A stretch of 62,057 nt of DNA, counting the filler, from Stramenopiles sp. TOSAG23-3 (lineage: Eukaryota), in assembly GCA_900128585.1 (NCBI GenBank). It is 24 parts of 24 records of this genome, joined end to end, with 100 filler letters (N's around TTAATTAATTAA, not from the genome) between each part and the next. Parts side by side here need not be neighbours in the genome. Positions count along the whole stretch, not along the records: positions 46,714 to 49,191 come from LT644787.1; positions 49,292 to 51,767 come from LT644788.1; positions 51,868 to 54,340 come from LT644789.1; positions 54,441 to 56,913 come from LT644790.1; positions 57,014 to 59,486 come from LT644791.1; 19 more parts are not named here. One strand, written 5' to 3'. This document shows, one piece after another, positions 47,238-59,586 of the stretch. Position 1 is the stretch's first letter; each line of letters starts with the position of its first letter. The position numbers were made by a program, and so were the translations under genes. The notes beneath the pieces were generated by a model. It was not told the origin of the DNA, searched no databases, and saw only the letters and a list, made by a program, of their open reading frames with translations.

Positions 47238-49022
47238 ATGGCGTACCGTCTGTGTTTGCTACTATTACTATGGGCAGGAGTGCCTTTTCGTCTTGCGGCG
47301 GCGATGGAGGGGAACGGTGAGAAATTTGTGAGGGTACAAATAAACGGGGTTGCCGACAACGACAGACTGTCGAAAGTGTACTTCTTGGACGACGACTACC
47401 GGACGCCCGTAGAGTTTGGCGCGTTTTTGCAGAAAGAAACGGGGGCCCTACCGCTAGCAACGCGCTTTTTTGCACAGTTCAAGGACTACCCCATCGAGGC
47501 CCGGAACAGCGTGGGCCTCCCGGTGTCTTCCCACAACGTCAGTGGGGACGGGGAAATCGTGTACATCATGCCGCTGGGGGAAGGATCAAACTGGTACTGG
47601 CCGCCGTCAGCGTCACGGGTGGCCATCCCGGACATTGCAACGCCTTCTGGCGCCGTGGTGGAGCTGGAAACGATCAGTACCCGCCCAAGGGTGTTTCAGG
47701 TCCATAATCTAGTCGCCGACGACGAGTGCGACCAGTTGATTGCCTTGGCGAAGGGTTCGAACGAGCTGGGGCGCTCGGAGGTTGGTTTCGGGGGCGACGA
47801 CGAAGAGGGCGACGACGAGGAGGGGGAGGAACGGGAGAAGAGCATCTCCGACGTGCGGACCAGTGAAAACATGTTTGACAACAACTGGCCGCTGGCAAGG
47901 GCCATAAAGCAACGAATCGGGGAGCTGATCCGCATACCGTACGAGCGCTCGACGCATGGGATGTTCGACGGGCTGCAGGTCTTGCGGTACAACGTTTCGA
48001 AGGCTTACGACTCCCACGAAGATTACTTCGACGCGGAGGACGACGAAGAGATGAACTTTGACACAACGACGGGGGGGATCAACCGGTACCTGACGGTGAT
48101 GCTGTACCTGAACGATGTGGAGAAGGGCGGGGAGACCGTGTTCCCGTTGGCCCCGATGGACGAGGAACGGTCGAAGAGGGAGGGGCGGGTCCCGGCGACG
48201 GACGAGTTCCTGGACTCTGTCGGGATCAAAGCAGGGAGCTGGGAGCGGGACATGGTGCGCCAGTGCGAGCAGAAGACCGTCGTGTACCCCCGGAAGGGCT
48301 CTGCCCTCCTGTTCTACTCGATGGACCCGTTCGGAATCGAGGACTCGCTCTCGAACCATGGCGGCTGCCCTGTGCTCGTCGGCCAAAAGTGGGCTGCGAA
48401 CGTGTGGGTGTGGAACAAAAATGCGGGGTTTACGGAGGGCGTGTGCGATGACAACGAACTGCTTCATTTCGAAATCGTCAACCAAATGGAAGGGGACCGG
48501 GCCGTCGTCGAAGTCTTGTCGTTCGCGAGGACGAGCTGCAAGGGCTGCCGGGAGCCTGCACAGACCCACGTGGAGCTGGAGCACGGCGACTCGTTCGGCG
48601 TGTTCGCCTGCCCGTCCGATGTGTACGAGGGCTGGATTCTGTCCGAGGAGGACGACAGCGTTGGGACCCTGGTGTTTTCGTCCGACCATTTTCGACTGGA
48701 CGAGCTCCAGCGCGGCCCAGTGTTCACCATTGTCGGAGAAAACCTCTTTTTGGGCAAAGACGGCGAGACGGAGATTTTTGTAAACGGGAAACGGCCGCCC
48801 CCCGCCTCGGCCGCAGGGAACCCCCCCAAGCTCGCAGCCTTGAAGAACCGAAAGTGGCAGCAGCACAGCGGCGGGTTGGACTTCCCGACGGTCTACGACG
48901 CCCACGAGGACATGCTCGCGAAGGAGGAGGCCGAGGCGACGGTCGTTGACCTGGACGAGGGGTTGGAAAGTTTTACGGTGACGCAGCTGGACGAGAAAGG
49001 CGAGGAACGGGCGGAGCTTTGA
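47238..49022 (+). CDS. P4H: Prolyl 4-hydroxylase alpha-like 2OG-Fe(II) dioxygenase
   Basis: Signal peptide, RPRVF, VRTSE, LQVLRY, HEDYF, YLNDVEKGGETVFP, HGGCPVLVGQKWAANVW. Confidence 0.93.
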   Translation: MAYRLCLLLLLWAGVPFRLAAAMEGNGEKFVRVQINGVADNDRLSKVYFLDDDYRTPVEFGAFLQKETGALPLATRFFAQFKDYPIEARNSVGLPVSSHNVSGDGEIVYIMPLGEGSNWYWPPSASRVAIPDIATPSGAVVELETISTRPRVFQVHNLVADDECDQLIALAKGSNELGRSEVGFGGDDEEGDDEEGEEREKSISDVRTSENMFDNNWPLARAIKQRIGELIRIPYERSTHGMFDGLQVLRYNVSKAYDSHEDYFDAEDDEEMNFDTTTGGINRYLTVMLYLNDVEKGGETVFPLAPMDEERSKREGRVPATDEFLDSVGIKAGSWERDMVRQCEQKTVVYPRKGSALLFYSMDPFGIEDSLSNHGGCPVLVGQKWAANVWVWNKNAGFTEGVCDDNELLHFEIVNQMEGDRAVVEVLSFARTSCKGCREPAQTHVELEHGDSFGVFACPSDVYEGWILSEEDDSVGTLVFSSDHFRLDELQRGPVFTIVGENLFLGKDGETEIFVNGKRPPPASAAGNPPKLAALKNRKWQQHSGGLDFPTVYDAHEDMLAKEEAEATVVDLDEGLESFTVTQLDEKGEERAEL

Positions 49023-49107
49023 GCTTTCCAACATCATATTCTCTAGTACCGGCGGTGACATTTTTTTATAAAATTATTTAATTTTATTATTAATAAAGAA
49101 GTATTTA

Positions 49108-49191
49108 CTATCTGTCCATGTCGTAAAGGTCCTCGTCCATTTCGTCGTAGATAATTCCCTTTCCTGGGCAGTTCACTCCAATAACCGCGGC
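49108..49191 (-). CDS. C-terminal fragment of an unknown gene, convergent with P4H
   Basis: AAVIGVNCPGKGIIYDEMDEDLYDMDR* from the contig edge. Confidence 0.55.
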   Translation of the reverse strand, partial: AAVIGVNCPGKGIIYDEMDEDLYDMDR

Positions 49192-49293
49192 NNNNNNNNN
49201 NNNNNNNNNNNNNNNNNNNNNNNNNNNNNNNNNNNTTAATTAATTAANNNNNNNNNNNNNNNNNNNNNNNNNNNNNNNNNNNNNNNNNNNNAG

Positions 49294-51767
49294 GAAGTGA
49301 AGGACGAAGAAACTAAAATCGCTGAAAAAGCCGCTGCGCCGAGTTCAAAGCTTCGCAAGCTCTTGGGTAGTAAGCTCGGGACACTCAAATACCTTGAAAA
49401 AGCCGAAGAACAAAAGAAAGCGACAGAGCAATCTCACTTGAAAGAACTACACGACATGGAGGCACTGCTTGACTCAAAAACAAAGAAGATGGAGGAAGAG
49501 CGCCTGAAGTTACAAGAACAGGTAGAAAAACTAGAGCAAATCCCTAAACATATGCGGGAGGACCACGAGAAGCAGGTCAAAGGATTGCAGGAAGCGCTAG
49601 AGCACCGAATTAAAGACGTGGAACAACAAAGGGACAAAGTGGCCATTTCCTTGAAACAGGAAAGTGAAGCCCAGCTGGCCCATCAACGCGAAGAACTTGC
49701 CCAGAAATATTTGAAGGAGTTGCATGACAAAGAAGAAAAAATGGCAGTGCGGGAAGCTGTCGTGGAGAAAGAAAAACAGCAGCTAGAAGATCAAATAGCA
49801 ACGGCGGACCATGCTCACAAAGACGAGCTACTGCGGCTGCAGGACAAACTTTTAAAACGTGAAGCACAGTTAGCCAAACGAAGGGATCAGCTCTCCCAAG
49901 ATATTGAAAAACAGTCTAATATCGCTAAATCTGCGAAAGCATTTCGACGACGAAGTGTTGGTGCGATTGGAAAGTTTATTCGAATGCAAACGAAAAGCAA
50001 AACTTGGCATACGCTACAGGAAGAAGCAGAAAGGAAGCGTTTAAAGAAAGACGCAGAGAGGAAAGTAAAAGAAGAACTGGAAGACCACCACAAAGAGTAT
50101 ATGAATAGCTTTGGAGAAGATGAGGACGAAGAAGATATGTCACCTTTTCCTGGTATGGATATGATGGCAGACGAAGGTATGTTTCCAGGCGAGGACGATA
50201 ACCAAGGAACGGGCCCGAGCATCACCAAAAAACAGATCGCTGACTTGGAAAAGCACAGGGAGGAGACGAAGAAAGAACAAGACGAAAATGTCTTTAAACG
50301 GAAAAAGATAGGGGGGAAAATGGCCAGAGTGCGAGCCAAACTGAGACTTACGCTAAAGGCCCATAGAAACGTTGAAGAGCAGCTGTTGGCGGTAGAGCAA
50401 AAAATGGATGCCCCAACATCAGAAAAAGAAGCAAGGGACTTGGCAGAGCTCCATGAAACCCTTCTTTCAGAACATGATAGGCACGAAGAAGCGATAAATG
50501 AACATGAAAAGGTGGCAAAAACTTTGAATGAGGAGCACCAAGTTTTGGCAGACCACCATGCCAAAACGTTTCTTCGCCCCATTGAAGTATTACGTAGTGC
50601 AGTTCGTGGCAAGGTTTCTTCTCTTTCCAGGATGGCATTGTTTAGAAGAAAAGCTGAACGCCAAAGAGAGCTGGAGAAAGTGTCGAAAATTAGAGACTAT
50701 GAACAGCAATTGGCCAAATCAAACAGCACTTTGCAGACGATCGAAGAGCAGGTTGCCCAAGTTGAATCCCAGAAGCAAGAGGAAGGTATCGATGGGGACA
50801 CCCTGCAAACGTTGGAGGGAGAACATGAAAAATTGGCGGCTCGAAAATTGGAGGAGGAAGAGAATAGACGAAAAGCCGAGGAAGAAAAATTGGTGGAAGA
50901 ATACGAGCTTGAAGCTCTGGAAAAAGAGCGCACGGAAAAGGAGATCTTTCCAATGAAACGGCTTCGACAGTTGGTGGTAAAAAATCAAACAGCGGTTAAA
51001 CTGATGTCCGACATGTCGAAAGAGCGTGATAGCAACCAAAAAGCTCTTCAGAACATGAAAGAAACTCTGGAAGCCCACGAAGCTACTTTGGAAGCGGAGA
51101 GAGAGAGCTTGAAAACCCGGTATGACGAAGCGATTCGAAACCGGGACATGGCAACGCAGTCAAAGCTGGCTGCCATGCAGCATGGAATCGACGAAAAAGA
51201 AAAGGCTTTGGACCAGAAACAGGAAGCATTGGAGAACGAGATCCGCATAGACCATGAAGAACGTGCTGCCATAGTGAAGGATAGGGCAGCCCAGAATGCT
51301 ATAGATGCACTCGAGGCAGCGTTGGAGGAACAAATGTTAGCGGACCAGACGCTGGAAGAAGAGCGTGTTCAGCTCCGAAACAAAGCAATACGGATAGCCA
51401 GAATATCCATCCCCGAATTGCGGGAAAAGAAGCAAGTTACGATAGCGAAACAGCAACGCGAGCTGAGTCGAAAGAAGAAGAAAGCGCTGGATGCAAAACT
51501 TGGCATAGAAAAGAAGCTCGAGCGTGAAATAAAAGATTTAAAGCAGCGCCGAGAGAGAGAGTCAAAGCATTTGAAGTCAGAAATAGAAGATATAGAAGGG
51601 AGGTTGAATTCGGAAAAAGCTGAAGCTGAGCGTATCGAATCGGAGTATAACGACGCGGACGATTTAGACAGAGAAGATCTTGAAATAAGTCTCTCCGCTT
51701 CTCATAACGAGATACGGGTTCACGAAATGAGACTTGTTTCTTTAAGGAACCGACTAATAAACATCCA
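49294..51767 (+). CDS. Large coiled-coil protein, internal fragment
   Basis: Open across the whole contig with E/K/R/Q-rich heptads. Confidence 0.85.
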
Positions 51768-51874
51768 NNNNNNNNNNNNNNNNNNNNNNNNNNNNNNNNN
51801 NNNNNNNNNNNTTAATTAATTAANNNNNNNNNNNNNNNNNNNNNNNNNNNNNNNNNNNNNNNNNNNNTATTGCC

Positions 51875-52328
51875 ATATAAAACCTAATAGGGTTTTATGT
51901 ACACAATTTTCTGTCAAATGGTTGGGTTACATACAGGGTTATGGATACTATTGTGTACTACAAGCAATCAATGTACACAATTTTCTGTAAAATGGTTGGG
52001 TTATGTACAGGGTATGGATGTCATTGTATTACAAGCAATGAACCGCATTTTCTGAAAAGACAGAAGGTTAGCGATATAAAAACCCTAATTATTTTATGTA
52101 CCGCATTTTCTGTAAAATGATTGGGTTATATGCAGGGTTAGGGATGCTATTGTGTACTACAAGCAATGTACCGCATTTTCTGAAAAGACATAGGGTTAGC
52201 GATATAAAAACCCTAATTATTTTATGTACCGCATTTTCTGTAAAATGGTTGGGTTATGTGCAGGGTTATGGATGCTATTGTGTACTACAAGCAATGTACC
52301 GCATTTTCTGAAAAATCATAGGGTTAGA
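51875..52328. repeat. Higher-order satellite (subunits of about 70 and 58 bp, 128-bp period)
   Basis: Subunits begin ATGTACCGCATTTTCTG or a close variant. GATATAAAAACCCTAA occurs at 52073 and 52201. Confidence 0.92.
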
Positions 52329-52915
52329 GAAAGAGGGCAAAAATAAATTAAAAATAGGAACGTACGAACTTTCGAGCGAGAGAACAACTCGATGGAAAAA
52401 GAAATAAATTTTTTTCTTTTTTTTTTAATTATGCTGCTGCACTAAAAAAAAATAATTATTGGTTTAATATTTTTTTTAGATATTTTATTACTGTACCGGT
52501 ATTATTACGAGTAAATAATAAATGGACGACGATTTATTCTCTATTGTTTTATTATTAAATTTTAATTGCCGTCGTCGTTGTCTTCTTCTCTTTTTTTTTT
52601 TTTTTTCATTACCAGTAGGTCCATGGCACCGTACCAGGTACAGGTAAAAAAACCAGTACAGGTACCCACCATTATAATAATTATTACGGTACTACTACCC
52701 TCGGCGGCGGATCGGCGGACCATTATTTTTGTAATACTTCTTGTCTTACTTTCAAGGAACAATGCAAGTATTCCATCCCTTTCAATCACATGTAGTGTCA
52801 AACGTCTTGCATTGCGGTAATCTACTGGAATGCAGATTAACGAAGGTCTACTATTTACACCGAACAAATTATTATATATACATTATTAACCTTAACTATT
52901 GTGTTGCATAAGAAG

Positions 52916-53797
52916 ATGAACGCTGCCCACCACTTGGATAAATGGTACGAAGAGAACAAGGAACTCTTCTTTCCGCCGGTGTGCAACAAGCTGATGCACA
53001 AACAACAACTTTCTGTTATGTTTGTAGGAGGACCGAACATTCGTACTGACTTCCACCTCGAGCAAGGAAGCGAGTTCTTCTTCATGTACAGAGGACGAAT
53101 GGAGCTTCCCATTATTGAGCGTGGCGTGCGCCATGTAATCAAAATTGAAGAGGGTGAAGTGTTTCTTCTACCCTCTCGCATTCCACACTCTCCACAGCGT
53201 CCGATGGAAGGAAGCTTGGGTTTAGTGATCGAACGCCAACGCTACAAAGATGAGGGCGAAGTCGATGGGTTGCGCTGGTACACCGATTTCGACACCTGCA
53301 AGAACATTCTATGGGAACGTTATTTCCACTGTGGCGACTTGGGCAAAGACCTGGTCCCAGTGGTCCAGGCATACAAAAGTTCAGAAGAGTGCAAAACGGG
53401 CGTGCCTACGGGCGAAAACATAGTTGCAGACCCACCGCTGAAGCAAGATGTGGATACTGTGGTGCCAAGACCAATGAACCTGTATGAATGGATTAAGAAA
53501 AACAAAGATGCGTTAGAGAGCGGTGGGTCCTTGGATCTGTTTGGCGAAGATCACCCTGACAAAGAATTCAAAGTTATGATCGTTGGTGGGGAGAGTGAGC
53601 AAACCACAACCTGGAAGCACGATACATGGTTGTTCCAATTGAAAGGGTCCGCTACCGTTGCAATGGAAGGGAAAGATGACCATGTGCTGGAAGAAAAGTG
53701 TTGCTGTGTTATCTTGCCAAACACTGAGTACAAAATTTCCAGGTCCAAAGGATCAATCGGTTTTGTTGTGACGAACGATCCCAAGGGCAACAAGTAA
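52916..53797 (+). CDS. HAAO: 3-hydroxyanthranilate 3,4-dioxygenase (two-cupin form)
   Basis: FFPPVCNKLMH, VMFVGGPNIRTDFH, EGEVFLLPSRIPHSPQR, GLVIER, FHCGDLG. Confidence 0.96.
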   Translation: MNAAHHLDKWYEENKELFFPPVCNKLMHKQQLSVMFVGGPNIRTDFHLEQGSEFFFMYRGRMELPIIERGVRHVIKIEEGEVFLLPSRIPHSPQRPMEGSLGLVIERQRYKDEGEVDGLRWYTDFDTCKNILWERYFHCGDLGKDLVPVVQAYKSSEECKTGVPTGENIVADPPLKQDVDTVVPRPMNLYEWIKKNKDALESGGSLDLFGEDHPDKEFKVMIVGGESEQTTTWKHDTWLFQLKGSATVAMEGKDDHVLEEKCCCVILPNTEYKISRSKGSIGFVVTNDPKGNK

Positions 53798-54611
53798 CAT
53801 AAAAAGTAACATTAAGTTTGCTTCGCAATTCCATTCATTAGTGGAACAAACGAATTAGACCATGCACACTTCGCTCGCGAATTCCGTATGGGCCTTGGGC
53901 GAAAGCAAAATATTAACATGCACATTAACAAGTGCTTAGATCTCAAACCAAAGGCCTGTATTGATTTGTAAACAGTATAAATTCAAATTTTATCAAAAAC
54001 ACGCAGAATAACAGCAAACAAGTACATCTAATGAAAAGATTCACGAACGAATTAAATTTACAGCTATGATACTTATGATATCATATCATAATTCCATAAT
54101 GTTAAAAAACAAAATTTATAGTATCATACCTTCCTTACATTTTAGTTATTATTTTATTTCTTCTTTTTTTTTAAGTTTTTTTAGACGACATTCATACTGT
54201 ACGTATAATGATAGTATAATTCAGTGGTAACAATAAAAATTAACAACACAACAACCCCACAAACCCCCGAGAGTAAAAAATAAAATTTAACATACGAATA
54301 ATATGTAATTCTTTAAGAATAAAAAATTGAAAATATTTTTNNNNNNNNNNNNNNNNNNNNNNNNNNNNNNNNNNNNNNNNNNNNTTAATTAATTAANNNN
54401 NNNNNNNNNNNNNNNNNNNNNNNNNNNNNNNNNNNNNNNNTCTTTTCAATCAACTTATTTTATAGTCTCTAAGGATTGAACAAGAAGAACGGAAGAATTC
54501 AATCAAATAACCGACAAAAGAAGAACCAAATATTAATTTACTCGTTTATAGAAGGGGTGTGTGTGTGTGTGTGAGGTAGGGAGAGAGAGCTTTTGCAGGG
54601 TGATTCTTCCA

Positions 54612-56469
54612 ATGGGGGGGAAGAAATCAAAACATGACAGCACCGCGAATGGCGAGGGGCAGGTGAGTGCCTTGACCTTTTACATAAACGATTTAGAAGC
54701 CTTGCAAACATGGAATTCAATGGGCGAGGAGGCGAAGCTTCAGTACGATCACGTGCACATTGCCTTCAAACTAGCACCGAAAAACGCGAATGAAATCAAG
54801 CGGTGCCTTGCACCGGCGGCGAACTCGGCCGAAGCCGCCGTGTCGGGCGCTGCCTCCAACGGGCGGGGAATAAAGAAGCTGACGCTGACCAATCAGGCGG
54901 TTGGCCCACTCCCATCCTTCCGAGAAGATATTTTGGCAAGGGTGTTGAAGGCATTTTGCGATCTCTGCCTGTCGTTGCCTAAACTGGAGCGCGTGAATCT
55001 TCGAGGGAACTTTATTGGGGGCAGGCTAGACGTCTCGGGCAAGACACCGGCAATGGATCCTTCTGGCACGGCCGTTAAAGTCCTTTGCCAGTCCCTGCGG
55101 CAATTGAAACAGAACGGATCTTTGGCACGACTGGACCTTTCGCTAAACAACCTGGGCTCTGCCGGCAGCCTAAGGTCATCGGGATTGTTTTTAAAATCGT
55201 TGATGAGTGGTCCAGGCACCATCGCCTCGGTAGACCTGTCGGGCAATGAATTTAGCCCGCAATGTTTAGTCCACGCGCTTTTGGATGGCTTTGTCGGCAT
55301 CGAGCATTTGGATTTGTCGCACAATCCGGTCGGGGGGTACTTTGACGGGTGGGAAATTTGGAGGGGGAGCACGGTTGGCATCAAAGCCATTGGAAACGCC
55401 TTGGACCATCCCAGCACAATAACTGCTACCCGCCAATTGAAGTCACTTTGTCTCGTAAATATTTGCATGGATGCGTTCGGCGCGGAGAAGCTGGCAGAGG
55501 CGTTGAAGTCGGCAACGTGCCCCATCGAACGGTTGGACGTGTCCAACAACCCTTTGTCGGACGAAGGGTTTCGGCATATCATTGGTGCTCTCGACATGCT
55601 CGAAGAGGGGCACGACGATACCTTGAAAACGGCAGTGTATACGCAACTCGAAGGCAACACGACATTACAGCACATAACATGTCAGTCGGTAGGCATTACC
55701 CTTGCGGCGATAGAGGAACTGGTAAGTATGAACACATGTACGTATATATGCCGCCTGGCACACTTTTCTAACAGCAACATCTTCTTTTGCTCAGGTGGAC
55801 ATGTACGTCGAACGGCCACGCGACGAAACGGGGGCCCTAGAAGTAGACATTTGCAAAAACGGCTTGAACGAGGAAGCGCTTGAGCTGTGCGATATGTTTA
55901 AACCTGGAAAGTACGAGTTCAAACGCATAATTTGCCGAGAAGAAGCGGCGAAAACAGAAGGCAGCGACCTGGCGCACTCGCCAGAGAGCGCCGACGTAGG
56001 GGACGCCCCCCCTCTCCCCTTGGAGCCCGAAGCGGTAGAACCGGAAGCAGGCACCGAGGCGGCTGCAACAGAGGAGAGTGGCCCGGACAAGACAAAGTGG
56101 TTTTACGCGAAGGACGAATCTGGCAGAGTAGTGTACTGCCACGTAGATTACAGGAAGGACTTCGTGGTCTGCCCCCCTTACTTGGACGGGGAGATAAACA
56201 CCAGAACCATCATTGCCGAGAAGGAAGAGAACGACCGAATCACGAAACTGCGAATCGCAGAAGAAAAGCAAAGGGAGAAAGAAGCCGCAGAGGAGGAAGA
56301 ACGCCTAGAGTTACAGAGAAAAAAGAAGGAAAAGAAGCGATCCAGTCGTTTATGGGGATCGAAGAAGAAGAAAACAGAAACGAAAAGTGAGGACGACGAG
56401 TCAAAGGTGACAGAAGAAGAAAAGATGGGGGAAGAAATGAAAACCGATGATTCTGATCAGGTAGGATGA
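54612..56469 (+). CDS. RNI-like leucine-rich-repeat protein, two exons (54612-55721 and 55795-56469), WW-like motif near the C-terminus
   Basis: LDLSLNNL, VDLSGNEF, LDLSHNPV, LDVSNNPL. MGGKKSK N-terminus. Splicing joins the two ORFs in frame. Confidence 0.85.
55722..55794 (+). other. Spliceosomal intron, 73 nt
   Basis: GTAAGT donor, TTCTAAC branch point, pyrimidine tract and TCAG acceptor. Splicing gives IEEL|VDMY. Confidence 0.92.
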
Positions 56470-56761
56470 CGACATACGAATATAAATGTTAAATAATGAC
56501 CTATCATTATTATACTACATGCATATTGTAGTACACGTTAAATTATATAGCTGAAAATATATGGACTAATATGTATTAATAGTATAAATATATTTATAGT
56601 TAATATTATTATTTAAATAGGGATATTTATTATTGTGTTGATTGCAACAAAAAAGATTGCAACTCCTCTCTCTTCTCTCTTCAATTTTATCTCAAATATT
56701 AAATATTAATTTGTCAGGTAACAACAAAATAAATAATGCTATTCCCATTCTAATTTTATAT

Positions 56762-56913
56762 TTTCTTCTTCTTCTTTTCTTCTTCTTCTTCTTTCTTCTT
56801 CTTCTTTCTTCTTCTTCTTTCTTCTTCTTCTTTCTTCTTTCTTTCTTTCTTTCTTCTTCTTCTTCTTCTTCTTCTTCTTCTTCTTCTTCTTCTTCTTCTT
56901 CTTCTTCTTCTTC
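56762..56913. repeat. (CTT)n microsatellite at contig end
   Basis: Seen directly. Confidence 0.95.
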
Positions 56914-57013
56914 NNNNNNNNNNNNNNNNNNNNNNNNNNNNNNNNNNNNNNNNNNNNTTAATTAATTAANNNNNNNNNNNNNNNNNNNNNNNNNNNNNNN
57001 NNNNNNNNNNNNN

Positions 57014-59485
57014 CCCGTCTGCGTCCATAACATTCCATAGTTTCAATAATTTTTCGTCATTACCGTCCTCCGTCAGCGTTGTCTTTGCAAAAGCTTCGCC
57101 GGATGCGGGCTTCGATCTAGGTGGATTCTCTGAACTGGATTTAGGATGCACGAACGCCAATCGCATTGGACGTTTGGTATTCTTGATAAGAGCCATTACC
57201 TGATTTACATCAAGACCACGACAAGGACTTTGTTCCACGGCAATCAGTAAATCGTTTTCCTGAACCCGTTTTTTTGTTGCCAAACCGCCGGGGTCCACCT
57301 TGCATACTTCCAGTCCCTGAACAGCTTTCGACACAGTGCTACCAGATGTTTTTGGGTTTAATGAGAACCCCAACCTCCCCTCGGGGAATGTTGCTACAAA
57401 TGCATGATCTGGAAGGGACAGGAACCACGTATCATCGCCCGCAGTTGCTTTATTACCTAGAACTTTTTTCTCCTGTTCGTTCGGCTTCGAATTTCCACCA
57501 GGCTCTGAAGTCTCCTCTTTACCCCCTTCATCATCACTGAACACGAACCAGGTTTTGTTTTTTTCCATGCATTTTATGGTTTTTAGAAATTTCTGTCGTT
57601 GTTGTTTTTTCAGCGTCTGGTTCCGCTCCTGCCAGGACAACTGGGACAAATCGTTACTATCGACTTTAGAAGACTCAAATGTTGCCAAGTGCGCTTCTGT
57701 AGCTTTCTTTTTGCGTAAGTCTAGCGCCGCAGAGTATTTAATTTGACCTAAATCACTCATTGGTTTTACGCACTTGTACGAAACGGACTCTATTACCCGC
57801 CCGTATCGGATGTTGGATTTACAGCTTTCCTCCTGCTGAAGCTCTATCTTCATCCCGTAATCATCAAAACGGATGACGAACGTTTCCTCGTGCGGATCGC
57901 AAGACAGAACAGTGCCCCCGTAGAATTTTTCCCATCCTTGCAGCTTTGCTTCCACCAGAGTATTCTTTTCGTATTCTACGAATTCTTTATCCGCCTTTTC
58001 ATCGAGACCCGCAGCGTCAGGCCCTTCCTCTTCCGCCCTTTGCCTTTCAGCCTCTTTTTTTTCAACAAGCTTTTGGTAGCTCACGAGTCGCTCTTCCGCC
58101 TTGGGCCCCTTTAGCATCCTTTTCTTCATTTTTGCCTTTTTCTTAATCTGAGATAAATTGCTTTGAAGCGCCGTGTAGCGTCGCAAAGCCGTCGATGTGA
58201 TGGGCTGGATGCAGGCTGCTGGGATGTCCTCCACAACCCGACGGTACCCTACTGGCGCGTTGGGCTCTAATAAACGTTTATCGTTGAACAGCACGGAGCA
58301 GGTCTGTTTCTCTTTGTCAATACTCAATATCTTGCCCCCATACGCTTTGGGCCACCCATGAATCCAGACCAAGAAAACGTCCCCTCGTTTTCCAAAGAAT
58401 CGTTTCTTTTTCTTCCCGTTTCCCTGGGTGACCCCCGATGCGGTGGCGGCCTGGCCTTTTTCGTCTTTTCGCTTTATTATGCCCATGTCGTACTGTTTCT
58501 GGTATCTACGTACGTGCTCGGGGTACATGGCGTGAACCAACTGTTTGGAGATACCCTCTACGACCCTTGCAAACAGCCCACTATGGGCTTGGCTGTACAA
58601 ATCTTCTTGCATTTTTTTATCGTCGAAACAAATGGTATACTCCTCTTTCTCCACATCCACCACCATCACCTTCCCCCCGTAGGAGGATGTCCACCCCGGA
58701 AGCTTGGCAGCAACGGTGGCCCCCACTGGGAAGGCTGGCATTTCTAACTTTGACTTGTCGCTCTTGGTTTCATCGCTTTTTGCATTCTGTTTCTCGCCGC
58801 TGGATGCGGCGATTGCAACACCCTGTTCCTCGCGCTCTTTTTTTGCAGCTGCCACCGCTCTATCCATTGCACCCCTTTCTTCTGCGCCCTTCAGCGTCCT
58901 GTGCCTGAAATGCTGCCGCACGGTGTTCCACTTTCCTGGTCGTTTCGAGGCATCCTTTTTCTTTGTGGGCGGGGACGGAATCCTAACACTTTGCTTCGGT
59001 GCTTCGAGGATCGCACGAACCTGGTCCCTACGAAGGTTTTCAATAACGCGGCCGCTGATGTCGGTGCTCGAGAAGAACCCCCCAGTAATGTTCAATTGGT
59101 CCTTCATGTCGTTGTCCCGGAAGCGGACGTTGTACGACACCCACTTGTTCTTTATAATGTTGACGCTCAAGACGTGACCTTTGAACCACTTGTGTTTTGA
59201 CCAGCTGTCCAATCTCGCCTCAACCGCTTGTCCCTTTCTCAAGTGCTTTGGGGGACGGCGCTCTTCTTCGTCACTTGACGGCGCATCTTCGTCCGAGAAA
59301 TGCGGCTCTTCCCCCTTCCCGCCCCCGTGGGCATGCTCGTTTTCCTTTTTCTTTCGCTGCAACAGCCTGTACGCGTATACGTGTCGCAGAAGTTGGTTCA
59401 GTTGTTCGCGGCCATTAGTAAGCCGGTCATGGCACATTTGCGCGGTGTCGTAATCTTCTATTTCTATTGCTCTCATCTTTTGTGC
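57014..59485 (-). CDS. Multidomain protein: UVR-like motif, four Tudor-like repeats, PDZ, start of an EF-hand (internal fragment)
   Basis: AIEIEDYDTA; four G.xVxA..W...YxGxV...YxIxFxD repeats; GRLGFSL...VDPGGLA...NDLLIAV...IKNTKRPMRLAF; LWNVMDADG. Confidence 0.85.
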
Positions 59486-59586
59486 TNNNNNNNNNNNNNN
59501 NNNNNNNNNNNNNNNNNNNNNNNNNNNNNNTTAATTAATTAANNNNNNNNNNNNNNNNNNNNNNNNNNNNNNNNNNNNNNNNNNNN

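Noticed and set aside
47709..49061. 450-aa antisense ORF over P4H
   Set aside because: Expected shadow ORF of a GC3-rich gene, with no recognisable motifs.
51875..52328. CRISPR array
   Set aside because: The would-be spacers are repeats of two types, there are no cas genes, and the context is eukaryotic.
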